From the NCBI GenBank assembly GCA_032718475.1, contig JAUCBJ010008670.1, positions 27,923 through 91,922 on the forward strand: DNA of 64,000 bases, written 5' to 3'. Source of the stretch: Nemertoderma westbladi. Taxonomy: Eukaryota; Animalia; Xenacoelomorpha. Shown one piece after another: positions 50,703 to 63,576 of the stretch; positions within the stretch are counted from its first letter, which is position 1; each line of letters begins with the position of its first letter. The notes beneath the pieces were generated by a model, which was not told the DNA's origin, did no database searches, and saw nothing but the letters and a program-made list of their open reading frames with translations. The position numbers and the translations under genes were made by a program.

Positions 50703-52255
50703 CCTTTATAATAAATGAATCATCGAATTACAAACGTGGTGTATACGATTGCTAACGCACACTCTTTACAACAATGTTTGATACTTCGTCGAGACTAAAC
50801 TAAATAATTGACAACAAAATGTTATTTTTATTCACGAAGTTGCAGTTACAATTAATATAGGGAGTCAATGCGGCCGAACGTTGAAAAGGTGAGCTGTCGA
50901 ATATGCAAATACAGACATTTTAATATTCCGAGTTGGCGTTGGATTAAAAGATTTCGGGTTTGGTGGATCGTGAAACGCTCGTGATAGCCTGTATCATTAC
51001 TCTAATGGCGGGAGCTATTGATTGTCGTGTCCAACTGATCAAGCAGGACCTTGATCCGCCTGACAACAGCGGGCTGATCAATACTTTGTGGTTTTAATCC
51101 TCAGTTCGTGGACACGAAGCGTGTTGGAATGGGCGGGGCATTGTAAGCGGGGAGGCACGACGCCTCATAAATCTTAACAACTCCACCTGCGGCGACTAAG
51201 TTATTTGATTACAATTGCTTTTTTGGACTTAACTTCGTCGCGCACGCGCACTAGATTGAGTCCACACACACGGCGAAACGGGATCGTCGGGATGTCAAAC
51301 TGTAATTCCAAAGGGAAATTTGTAGCGCAGATTTAATGAAATGTTATTTAAAAATGATTTAAAGATTGTTGTTGCTATGCAGCATTAAAAATCTAATTGG
51401 CCCCTAATTTAGTCAAATTTAATCCGGTTAGAATACCGTACCGATAGGTTTTTTTTACTAAATAAATATCTCATTTCTAAACTGATGGCAATAATTAAAC
51501 AAATCATTTAACACTGACCAATATTACATATACTGTACTCAACTATAGACGCAAATCCCACCTCGGTGAATTAACAATGTAATTATGGTAGGAGTAGGTT
51601 AGTGGCAAGTTTTTATAACCAAAACATAAGTGGCAAAATACAATGGATACAGAAAACATCAGGAGTTATTAGAACATTAAATTTTTATAAACTTAATTTA
51701 TATGGTAAATATAAATAAATAAAATAAATATTAAGTTAATAGTACGGCGTGAGGTAATAAAGGATTTTAAGTGCGCTATATGCGAGAAACTTTAATGCTC
51801 ATTTAGCCAAGCACAGTAAACCTTTTTCCAAAGTTACCTCTTGGTTACTATTTATCGGCCAGCCAAGGCTGAAAGCCTGGATGGAGTTATGATTCACAAT
51901 ATAAAGCAAACATTTCTATGGATCGGGCCATGGTCCCCTTACCTGAAGCCGAGTTATTAAACAACGAGTGCCAACTCGCTAAATAAGAACTAAGGTACAA
52001 AACAATTTTAATGTAAAACAAATTTTTATAAACAAACATTGTTCGAACACTATTATAACAGGTCCGACCGTATTGCTGTATTGTAGGGACTTTATGTGTC
52101 TCATTATCGATTTTCTACTGTATATCAAAAATAATCCGGTTAGAATACCGTACCGATAGGTTTTTTTACTAAATAAATATATCATTTCTAAACTGATGGC
52201 AATTAAACAAATCATTTAACACATTCTCCTGTATATAAAACATTATATTACGAAC

Positions 52256-53040
52256 CTGTTCCTGGCTGCTGCAGCCCTATCCCTCTGTCGCCTGTTCTTA
52301 AACCAGTTGCCAACCTGAGTTGGAGACAATCCAGTGGCGTTTGCCAGATCTTTCTTTTTCTGAGGATTCGGGTATGGATCCTGAAGATACCACTCCCTGA
52401 GAAGATTACGAGTCCTCTCCTTGAAACAATGAGTTTTCTGTTCACCGTCCCAGATGGTCGGGGGCAATGGGAACTTCTTCCTGACTCGGTACTTGTCTAC
52501 AGGCCCCAGCGGTCGACCGCGCAGTTTCTCTGCTTCTTGGTAATGAGCTTCTAGCCACATGGCTTGCAGTTTTCCGTGAGATTCGCGGCCGAATCGAAAG
52601 TTTTCAATAAGATGGTAGAGATCTCTGAAATGGCCTTTGTGGAACGCCACAATGGCTTTGGCACGGAGGATAGCTTCGTTGTAATTGATGTTGTCTGGGG
52701 ATGCTGCTGTAGCAGGTAGAGACCATAGGAATCGAGCTAGTCTGTCTATGTCACCGCTATCCTCCAGGGTCTGGCACACGGTGGCTACTTGCACCGGGGT
52801 GAAGTTGAGAGGGGGCGGGGGGGATGGTAGATGGTGGGAGCTTGGAGGTGCCGGTTGTCGACACAAGGGGGCGTGTAATCGAGTAGGGGATGATTCGTTT
52901 AGATTTGGCACGCGGTGTCTGGGAGACAGAACGGGCTGGGGATAGACTGGAGGCAGCATCGGCGGTGATTGACGCGATGGCAACAACGGTAGAGGCAGAT
53001 GAAACGGAGCTGGAAGATGCAACATGTTGGGAAATAACAT
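52256..53040 (-). CDS. six3/6: Six3/6 (optix) homeobox transcription factor, first coding exon
   Basis: SIX domain [32 protein letters not shown]...[32 protein letters not shown]; homeodomain with the Six3/6-diagnostic tetrapeptide QKTH and [13 protein letters not shown]; ATG at 53040 (the ORF track starts at an upstream TTG); GT donor directly after ARN-R. Confidence 0.97.
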
Positions 53041-53519
53041 TACCAAAATTAGGTTGTAATCAATGAACGCGGGATGTTACTCGTAATTATTTAATAAAAG
53101 CATTATTATAATGATAACAAGAATTACAAACTAAAACCATAAAACACACAAAATTAGCCTAAAATATCTAAATATGAACACGATAAATAAAAACAGTGAA
53201 TCACACAATACTCATATTTTTGAAAGTAAATAATGTATAATAAGTAAATACGAAACCATGGCCAAATTAGTGCAATAATTTATTAATGTACGTACAGTAT
53301 CGACAGCATAACGGCGGTATGTATTGGCGAGGACTATGCTATAGGCCTAGGTTTTTATATCAATATCTAAAATAGATGCGAAACTATATAATCTACGGCA
53401 GCTTGTCGGACTGTAATAAACTATAAAGAAACGAACCTTAGTTCATCAGATGGGCGGCATGGCAGTTTAATAGTATTTGTGCAAGCTGGTGCACCTAACT
53501 ACTACTCCGCCCAGGAACC

Positions 53520-53790
53520 AGCAAGTTATTTAGGCAGGAGGCTTTAAATAAAGCAACTTGTATGATGGCCTCCCTAAAACCAGCAAAGCAGATAATGTAC
53601 CCACAGAGAATGAATGACAGGGGCATGGCTAACTGCGATACTATAAACTTGGACCAAAGAACCAACTGCTACCCAGCGTTGGGGCGCCTATTTACGCCAT
53701 TGGCTAATGAGGCAACTGCGAGAAACCATGATCCTGTCAATCATAGCCGCGTTTTGTCAATCAGGCGCACAAAATGTCCACAGGAATATT
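53520..53790 (-). promoter_or_regulatory. Putative Six3/6 proximal promoter or enhancer
   Basis: Repeat-free, locally GC-richer; minus-strand TGATTGACAA (53754-63), TGATTGACAG (53734-43), CCAAT (about 53699-53703) and TATA-like TTTATTTAAA (about 53543-52). Confidence 0.5.
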
Positions 53791-54890
53791 TTCGTATATG
53801 GTAATTATCCGGCTCTTGTAGTTTATAATAATCCATGAAAGAGATATATAAATAACCATGAAAGCGAGCTGGCAATTATTTTACTTTGATTTGTTTTTTA
53901 GAAGGCTATTTTACTAATTAATGTATTCGCGAAATTAAAGTTTTACGCACAAAGAGATGCCATTAACGTAGAACGGGGAACCAAGTAATCATACTCCACT
54001 CTATTGTGTGAGTCACAGTAGCGGTCTATTCACCAGCCTAATGAGGGCCTTATATATGGCTGCAAACCGCCCCGGGGAGACTTCTAATAGGTCCGTTTAA
54101 TAAGCCAATCTCTCTTTGTATAGATAGTTTCTAACAATTGAAATGGCATAGTGTAGATACAGTACTGCTATAACTACACCGGTGAAAATAATTTGTACGG
54201 TTTCCGGACACTTCACTTCACTTCACCCCCCACCCCAGACGGTTCTCCCAGGCATTTATCAAAAATATTCCATTTATTCAAACGATTAAAAAAACGTCAC
54301 ATTTCGACAGCCAAATGCCATAGAACAAAATCACGCACATGCCGATTATTTATACAATAGCAGTTGTGGTTGACAAATTTCATCTGCAGTAGCAACAGGG
54401 TGGTGCAGGGCTTTGGTTTATTAAGTGAGCATTGTATTTTATGGCATTATCTCTGCGCAGCATCCTGGTGTATACACAATCAAGAGAGAATGGGACGGAC
54501 TGCTATAGCAACACAGGATCTACTGCTGCCCGGAATACTTTTACCTTAGAGAATATATTCTACATTATTTCCCTTGATAGTTTATATAACGATATTTAAT
54601 TTAATGTATATCCCCACACGGTAGTGTTTTAAGATAAGCATGGGGATGATTCTTTGCAAGATGATATATTACTTGCAATAAATATTATTAATTTAATTAC
54701 TTTTATTACATATAAAAAGGTGATATCATTTCATGCGTATTTCATGCAAAAACATTATCACAAACAATGTTTATTCATGATTAACATTTATGAGGAATAG
54801 TCGTGAGCCACGGATATTATAAAATATTATTAGTTTATACCATAAATATGCGATGAACATGACGGGAATGCAGGGCTAGTAAATAATAGG

Positions 54891-55415
54891 GAATGAAGGT
54901 CAACATCCATAAGCACAATTAAGGTATAGCTTTCTGACTATATCATAGTCCTTCTTCAGGCAAATATAATAAACCTATTGTACGTCACACCTACTTTACA
55001 TTTACCACCTCACCACCTACTTTAACTTACCGCCATATTATATTATTTACCGCCGGTACATAACATTAATGTGCACCTACTCTACATACTTACCACGATT
55101 TATACATATTATTAATATTCATTCTTTAGCATAATTATTTTTCATTGTTACCTCCTTTGCAATGTTTTAATATTTACCAGCGTGCACCTACTGTACTTCA
55201 CACCTACTTTACATTTACCACCTCACACCTACTTTACCATATAATCAAGCATTGCATAACCTTTACAATTGGCGGGAAATTCAAAACTTTCAGTTATATC
55301 TAACGTGTTAACGGATATATTGTATATATTATATTTGCCTGAAGGAGGACTATAATGTAGTCAGAAATTATTTATACGTTAACTTAATTTTGCTTGCGGG
55401 TGCTGACCTTCATTC
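54891..55415. repeat. Inverted-repeat element with hammerhead-like motifs in both arms (possibly Penelope-derived)
   Basis: Arms about 54891-54972 and 55327-55415; each reads CCTGAAG(A/G)AGGACTAT...TAGTCAGAAA. Confidence 0.5.
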
Positions 55416-57284
55416 TATAATAGTTTATATATACCATATATAGCTATTTCAAGCAATATGTTTATGGTAAACTAACTAATAATAATTTATATTAGCCGTG
55501 GCCTTACTCGTCTTATATATTAAATATTTGAGCATTATTTACGCCACGAAATGCATCATTCCATTTCAATAACTCGCTTCTTGATAATGTTCTACGTAAG
55601 ATGCTGGAGGCGCTTAAGCTGCAATCACTTTCTCATGTATAAATCATATCATTTTGCTACGATCGATAAAGTTTCGACTGGCATTTTGGGATAGTTAGGA
55701 ATAGATACTCGTATCGCCTGGAGCACTATCACTTTAGCACTCCAAGGGGCGTCTTTTTCTCAGAAGTAATCGTGAAGTTTGGATACAATACAACCCAGGG
55801 CCAACAACCGCTTTAAAGTAGTTATTACCAAGTGTCCAATATCCATCACCCATTGGGTATGAATGGATTTAATGTACACCAGTCTTAGCTTTATCACAGT
55901 TTTCACAGTGCCGTCAAAAATTAGATACTGCTACAATTACACTCCTAGGGGAATATGTCAAGGTAGTATTGTACGGGAACGAATGAGGGGAGGGGGTGGG
56001 GTTGCTGGGCACACGACCCGCCAGTGAAGTAGCACATGCAAAAGGCTACCTCGAATTTTCCAAAAAAAATTATGCAACCCTGTAGTTTTAGACAGTCACA
56101 TATTAAAACTAATTTAGGGGACCATTACTCCACATGTTTTTTTTTATTAATTTATTTTTATTTATTTATATATTAAAAAAAATTAAAAATTATTTTGAAA
56201 ATTTAACACAATGATGTGGGATCTTTTACTAAGAAAACTGAGTATGGAAACTTCGTAAACACGTTCGTTTGACAAATATAGCACTTTTTGAGCAGGTAAT
56301 TTTTTTCAAAAAGTTATATATTGTAAAGCATTTATATGTAAAATATCACATGTTTAAGGATCAGTAATACCACCTGGGTTAAAGTTATCGGGCCAAGACT
56401 TAGGCAAAATGGAGCTAGACTATCTTCTATGAAAATTTATGCACAAAATTATTGTTTTTTAATGGGGAATCTTTTTAAGCTCGTTTAAGCCAAGGAATGC
56501 CTGTTCACCACCATGGGTGATCTTACACAGTAAACCCTTACATTCTGTTTCCCAAGTTGCTTTGGTTCCAAAATTATTGTTTTTGAAAAATTTATGGGGT
56601 TTTTAGTATGTTCGGACTGTAATTTGGGAATCAAATATTTTTGATAGAAAAAGGGTAGCAGTTACAAAATGATACAAAAACGATTCAAATGGCCATGATT
56701 TGGAAAGTTTAGAATATAAATAAAACTTATTTAAAATTTATTGCATCACTGTAATTTATAGTTAGTTTGTAATAATTATACATTATACCTATTTATATAG
56801 TTCGAGTTATGTTATTTTGATTATAACATTTATTGTTATATTGAATGTTTAGAAGCATATCAGAATAATATTTAGTACTATTTAATATTAGTTGGACAAT
56901 TTGAGTTCTATGGTGTTAATAAACGTTTTTAAGAAACGTCTAAAAACTCACCTATACTATCTGGAATACCACGTGAACTAGTGTCTCATATTACGCTGTG
57001 CCTATGAAGTTAAATCTAAACTAAACATTATTTATTGGTTTTTATGGACGACTGACATTTTTTTACTTAATTAATTGGATAATTTTATTTCACAACTATT
57101 GCCATTAATTACTAATTAGCTTAACCCGTAACATTGGAATATCTGCGATGTTCGTTTTTATTGTTTTTTTTACTATATTTTATGATGTTTTTATTGTTAG
57201 TTTTTTATTACTACATTAATTTAGTTGATTTTATCTCATAACTATTGCCATTGCAGTCACGAACTACTAATTACTGTGTATTAT

Positions 57285-57372
57285 GTGTTGTCAGCGCCTT
57301 AGAGTACCTAAATGATGTAAATTTGGCGCTATATAAATAAATATATATTATTATTATTATTATTATTATTAT
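57285..57372 (+). mobile_element. L2-type LINE/SINE 3' tail
   Basis: AGCGCCTTAGAG...GGCGCTATATAAATAAA followed by (TAT)n. Confidence 0.6.
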
Positions 57373-57499
57373 CTTCTTTATATTTCTTGTCAATAAATAT
57401 ATATGTATATTATCATAGTTTACGTACATTCCTTTGATAGGTTAAAATAAAGTGTGTAATGAGCTGAATTTTAGGATGTTAAAGTTTATGATAAAGGTT

Positions 57500-59925
57500 A
57501 AGAAAGGTGATTAGCACCCCATGGAGTTTCCTTGTCCACGTTTAAACATGTCAATGGACCGCCTGAGTGACCAGTGGTACTTGATGGGAATCAACATTTG
57601 ATGGGCATCCCAAGACAACAGTAATATGTTGATCCAGTCCAACCAATGCCTCAGAGCCAGAACAAGCAGTTAAGTTTTATGAAGATCTGACTTGACCTAC
57701 TGTATAATGGACATTCCGAAACACAACGTCAAAGTCATTGCTGGTGACCTGAATGCGCAAATTGGCCCAGAAAACATCAAGGGTTACACCTATAACACCA
57801 GTTCTGACAGAAATGGGTATATACTTACTTTTAGAGCTAATGGAAGAATGTGAATTGACACCAACAAACAACACATTCGAAAAAAGTAAGGGGAAGCTAT
57901 GGACCTTTCAATACCCTAATGGAACCAAAGCACAGCTGGATTACATCATTATAAACAAAAAGTGGAGAAACATATCCCCCAGAAACCCAAACGAAAACAG
58001 TATGTGCCACTGGCAAAACTCTGAGGTTACTTGTAAGAGAGATGATCTTAAGATAGCCTACAAAGTTAAAACCGAACAACCAACAACCGAAAACATTAAC
58101 AAGGTTGAGAAAGCTAAGGACGATCCTAAATTGGCCTACAACATCAGCCAGGAAAAGTACATACAGGGTAAAATTGAAGCAATTACAACTGCTCACATAC
58201 AGCAACAATCAAGACTTACCTGGCAAACTGTAAATGAAGTATCTGGTCGGAAAAGTTGTGCAAAGGGGCGCCTCAAAGCCGATAGTCCTGAAGAACGTGT
58301 TGGGAAGTGGAAAAATCATTTCAGCAACTTGCTTGGGCAGCCACCAAACATCGAGGTCAGCCTTACAAGGAAAATATATGACAAGACACTACCTATAAAA
58401 ACAGGGGACTTCACACCTGCCGAACTCCAAAGAAGCATTAAAAGCATGTCCAATAATAAAGCGAATGGATTAGATGAAATCCCAGTCTACCAGCTGAGGT
58501 ATGGAAAACCGGAGTGCTAAACAGACCATTATTGAATGTTTGCAACCGGATGTTAAAAGGGGAAAAGCCACCACCAATTTGGACTAAAGGTCAACTAAAG
58601 CCTCTCCCCAAAAAAGGAGACCTCGGCATACCAACAAACTATCGTGGGATCTATCTGCTTGTGGTAGCTGCCAAAATATACAATAAAATGATTCTATATA
58701 GGATTAGGCCTCACATAGAGAAACTACTGCGTAAGAGCCAAAACGGATTTCGACCAAGTAGATCAACAATATCTCAGATACTTGCACTACGGAGACTGAT
58801 TGAAGGAATTAAGTCAAAGAATCTCCCCGCAGTCATGTCATGACTTTTGTGGCTTTCAAGAAGGCATTCGACTCCATCCATAGAGGTAAAATGCTGGAAA
58901 TCCTAAGAGCTTATGGAATACCAGAAGTAATTGTTGCTGGCATTGGATTGTTATATTGTGACACAGAAGCGCAGGTACTCTCACCAGATGGTGAAACTGA
59001 GTTTTTCTCAATCCTGGCTGGCGTACTGCAAGGTGACACATTGGCGCCATTACTATTTGTAATTGTACTGGATTACGCAATGAGGACGGCCACAAAGGGT
59101 GAAGATCTGGGATTCACACTTCAAGAACGCAGAAGTAGTAGATATCCGGCAACTACAGTCACAGACACCGACTTTGCGGATGACATCGCCCTGCTCTCTA
59201 ATACCTAGCAGATGCACAGCTTTACTAATAAAGTGGAGAGGGCTGCATAAGGAGGTTGGATTGCATATAAATGCTACCAAGACCGAATTCATGACTTTTA
59301 ATGTTAATGGAAACTTGACAACCATTGATAATAATCAACTAAGGAAGGTCGACGGCTTCCAATACCTAGGATCATGGATAGAGAGTAGCAAAAAGGACAT
59401 AGAAGTTAGGAAAGCAAAGGCTTGGGTAGCTCTATCAAAAATGGATACCATCTGGAGATCAGATCTCTCCAGGAACCTGAAGACTAAGTTCTTTCGAGCC
59501 ACAATGGAAAGTGTATTTTTATACGGGGGTGAGACCTGGACACTCACTAAATCACTTGAACCACCGAATTGATGGTTGTTACACAAGACTACTAAGGGCA
59601 GCCATAAACATCAGCTGGAGACAACACATGACAAACGCCGAGCTCTATGGTACAATACCACCTGTATCAACCACCCTCCGTGAACGCAGATTAAGATTCA
59701 GTGGGCACTGCTGACGAAGTAAAGACGAGGTCATACCAGATCTACTTTCCTGGCAACCAACTCATGGAAAGCGTAGTCGTGGACGACCGGCCATAACATA
59801 TATAGATCAACTTGAAAGGGATACTGAACTTGGGAGAAACGAAATTGCGACAACTATGGAGATTCGGGAAGCCTGGAAGGATCTCATTTCCACTGTCCGA
59901 GTTCGCTCGACCTAGTAGTAGTTGG
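57500..59925 (+). mobile_element. Degenerate RTE-clade LINE (endonuclease + RT, frameshifted, internally deleted)
   Basis: AGDLNAQ, QLDYIII, PLPKKGD..NYRGI, QNGFR, FKKAFDSIHR, GVLQGDTLAP, DFADDIAL, YLGSW, LYGGETWTLT, RLRFSGH spread over five ORFs; TAGTAGTAG tail. Confidence 0.93.
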
Positions 59926-60186
59926 AGAATCGGGAAGCCTGGAAGGATCTCATTTCCACTGTCCGAGTTCGCTCGACCTAGTAGTAGTTGGAGAATCGGG
60001 AAGACTGGAAGGATCTCATTTCCACTGTCCGAGTTCGCTCGACCTAGTAGTAGTTGGAGAATCGGGAAGACTGGAAGGATCTCATTTCCACTGTCCGAGT
60101 TCGCTCGACCTAGTAGTAGTTGGAGAATCGGGAAGCCTGGAAGGATCTCATTTCCACTGTCCGAGTTCGCTCGACCTACTGTAGTA
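59857..60186 (+). repeat. Five tandem 66-bp copies of the RTE 3' terminus
   Basis: GGAGAATCGGGAAGCCTGGAAGGATCTCATTTCCACTGTCCGAGTTCGCTCGACCTAGTAGTAGTT x5. Confidence 0.93.
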
Positions 60187-60260
60187 TTAGGTACTGATTT
60201 GTACTTTAAAACCGGGATCGCAATCCCCATCCCTATAACTGCGGTCCCGATCTTAATACC

Positions 60261-61449
60261 GACAGTTTGGGACCGGAGTCCTGAAGGATAAATAATGACA
60301 GTTTGGGACCGGAGTCCCGAAGGATAAATAATGACAGTTTGGGACCGGAGTCCCGAAGGATAAATAATGACAGTTTGGGACCGGAGTCCCGAAGGATAAA
60401 TAATGACAGTTTGGGACCGGAGTCCCGAAGGATAAATAATGACAGTTTGGGACCGGAGTCCCGAAGGATAAATAATGACAGTTTGGGACCGGAGTCCCGA
60501 AGGATAAATAATGACAGTTTGGGACCGGAGTCCCGAAGGATAAATAATGACAGTTTGGGACCGGAGTCCCGAAGGATAAATAATGACAGTTTGGGACCGG
60601 AGTCCCGAAGGATAAATAATGACAGTTTGGGACCGGAGTCCCGAAGGATAAATAATGACAGTTTGGGACCGGAGTCCCGAAGGATAAATAATGACAGTTT
60701 GGGACCGGAGTCCCGAAGGATAAATAATGACAGTTTGGGACCGGAGTCCCGAAGGATAAATAATGACAGTTTGGGACCGGAGTCCCGAAGGATAAATAAT
60801 GACAGTTTGGGACTGGAGTCCCGAAGGATAAATAATGACAGTTTGGGACCGGAGTCCCGAAGGATAAATAATGACAGTTTGGGACCGGAGTCCCGAAGGA
60901 TAAATAATGACAGTTTGGGACCGGAGTCCCGAAGGATAAATAATGACAGTTTGGGACCGGAGTCCCGAAGGATAAATAATGACAGTTTGGGACCGGAGTC
61001 CGAAGGATAAATAATGACAGTTTGGGACCGGAGTCCCGAAGGATAAATAATGACAGTTTGGGACCGGAGTCCCGAAGGATAAATAATGACAGTTTGGGAC
61101 CGGAGTCCCGAAGGATAAATAATGACAGTTTGGGACCGGAGTCCCGAAGGATAAATAATGACAGTTTGGGACCGGAGTCCCGAAGGATAAATAATGACAG
61201 TTTGGGACCGGAGTCCCGAAGGATAAATAATGACAGTTTGGGACCGGAGTCCCGAAGGATAAATACCGACAGTTTGGGACCGGAGTCCCGAAGGATAAAT
61301 AATGACAGTTTGGGACCGGAGTCCCGAAGGATAAATAATGACAGTTTGGGACCGGAGTCCCAAAGGATAAATAATGACAGTTTGGGACCGGAGTCCCGAA
61401 GGATAAATAATGACAGTTTGGGACCGGAGTCCAGAAGGATAAATAATGA
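60261..61449. repeat. 36-bp tandem satellite, about 33 near-identical copies
   Basis: GACAGTTTGGGACCGGAGTCCCGAAGGATAAATAAT head-to-tail with no spacers. Confidence 0.97.
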
Positions 61450-63169
61450 TATTTATTTTTTGAATATAGTTCCAGTGGTACTAACCAGTGGATTGCAGCT
61501 GCATTATATTATAATACATACATGTATATATTCAGAATGCTGTGCCGGTTTGTCGACAAATGTACCTAAGACATGTTCAGTTTTTCTAAAGTTGATGGAC
61601 AGTAGTATTGAATTAATTTTTCAGTAAACCATCCAGTTAAAAATTATACATAAGTTTTCATATAATTTTATCTTACTGATATTTCAGCAGTGTGAAAAAG
61701 ATTTGAGAAATCAAGAAAAGTTGGATCCCTTATTTTAAACAGTTAGTGTTTACAGTGCAATAGCGGACAATATTAATATTATGAATTATATTATGTGCCA
61801 AAAGTATTATAATAATATACATAAAGCCACAAAGGAATCATATTCGGATACAAGCAACGACATATTAATTTTATTTAACTTTGTTTTAAGGGGAGGGGGG
61901 AGGGTACCACCCCCCCCCCCCCCCCCCCCACCCACACCCCCACCCCCCCACACCCCCCGCCCCCACCCTCCATTTTTTTTAAATTGCCAATACTTTGGGT
62001 TATATTTAAATATAACAATTTTGTCGTCGCTAGTCAATGTCTGGAAGGCCAAAATAGTCTCCAAACGTAAATTTGAAAATTCTTAGCATCCCCTTTGCGG
62101 CTGGTAATTTCACTGGTATTGACAATTTCACTAAAAACACTACTAGAACCTCGATTTTGGTCAAAATGTTTGAAATCAACTTTTTTGGCTTCAGCACAAG
62201 CGTCTCTACAAAATTTGTCTTATAGAATTTAAAATTAGCCAATTATAATTTAATTAATTAATTTCAATTATTTTTATTAAAATCAGCTATTACATAAAAT
62301 ATGCAGAAATTTTCGAAATTAAAGAACTGCCGAAACCCATTAGAAAAAGCCTAAAATCATGACATTTGGTTGAAAATGGCGGAGGAGTAGTGTTTTAAAA
62401 ATGAAAAATGTCATTCTCAGATAATTGCCTTTAAAGTTAGAAACTTCCCCAAAACTTCCCTGCTTATAATATGTAAGAATGTCTCCAATATTTATCAAGC
62501 AACAAGAAAGCACAAAACCATGCTAAAAACTTTGTCATGGGGGTTTTCATGGTCGGTGATTTCATTTCTGAGGTCAGTTTTCAGATTTATTGAAATCTAG
62601 TTAGTCTGTATATCTGTCTGTCGGTCTATCTGACTATCCGCCAATCTGTCCGTGAAATTTAATAAAAATGGCACACCATCTAGCTAAAAGTTTAGCTATA
62701 GGGGTTTTCCTGGTCGAAGAATTCAACCAGATAAATTGACACCAGAAAGGAAGTCACCGACACCGAAAACCCATATAGGGGCTTTTTTTTAGACAGGTAG
62801 TATGGTTTTCATTGGTCAAGCGGGCAGACAGCCATATCTCGAAAGCAAGATATACAGTATCTTGCTAAACAGTTTTCAAATTTGAAATCTTGATCAAAAT
62901 CAGCTCTATATTAAATCGTAAGAAAAATGTGAAGGTGGGGTAACAACCCCCCCCCCCCCCCTTGCCGCCTTTTAGGGTAGGAAACGTTACGTAATAGTAT
63001 TAATATAATATAACAATAATATAATAATAATATAACGATACGTACGGTGATATGGTTATCCTTGTTATAAATCTCTGGTAGACAATAAATATGGTCCGTC
63101 AATATATTTTTCTAGTAAGTAAAAATTTCCGTAATTTATGGTTAAGTGGTTAAGTTTTCGTTAAGTTAA

Positions 63170-63570
63170 CCCTATTAGTACCGGGCTATAAAATGCTGTA
63201 CAAATACCGGGGGGGGGGGGGGGGGTCATATTGACCCTTCCCTCTAAATTACAAGTAGTGCACAATTTTCACAAAATTTGAAAGTTACATTTTTCGGCTA
63301 ATTGTTTTTCAATACAGGTTTTCTGGGGCGCAAAATACATTGGAAAATATTTAAAAATGATATGATTACCATAAATGGCTGTTTAGTCCTCTATGCGTAG
63401 GAAAAAAATGAAAAAAAACAAGTAACCAGCACTTTTCAGTTAGAACACAAAATTTTTAATTCACTTATACGATGCTATAAATTCACATTTTCAGGTTTTC
63501 TAGGGCGCTGATTCTAATGGAATACATTTCAAATATGCCAGATCATTGCTACTTGTATTTTTCGTCGTAA
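63170..63570. mobile_element. Possible left end of another piggyBac-type element
   Basis: TTAA|CCCT at 63166-63173 followed by GGGTCATATTGACCC, similar to the 6413 terminus; right end not seen. Confidence 0.4.
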
Positions 63571-63576
63571 TGTGGC

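Noticed and set aside
60261-61449. 36-bp palindromic repeats as a CRISPR array, and the 201-376-aa ORFs over them
   Set aside because: Units are contiguous with no unique spacers, no cas genes, eukaryotic context; the ORFs arise because 36 is a multiple of 3
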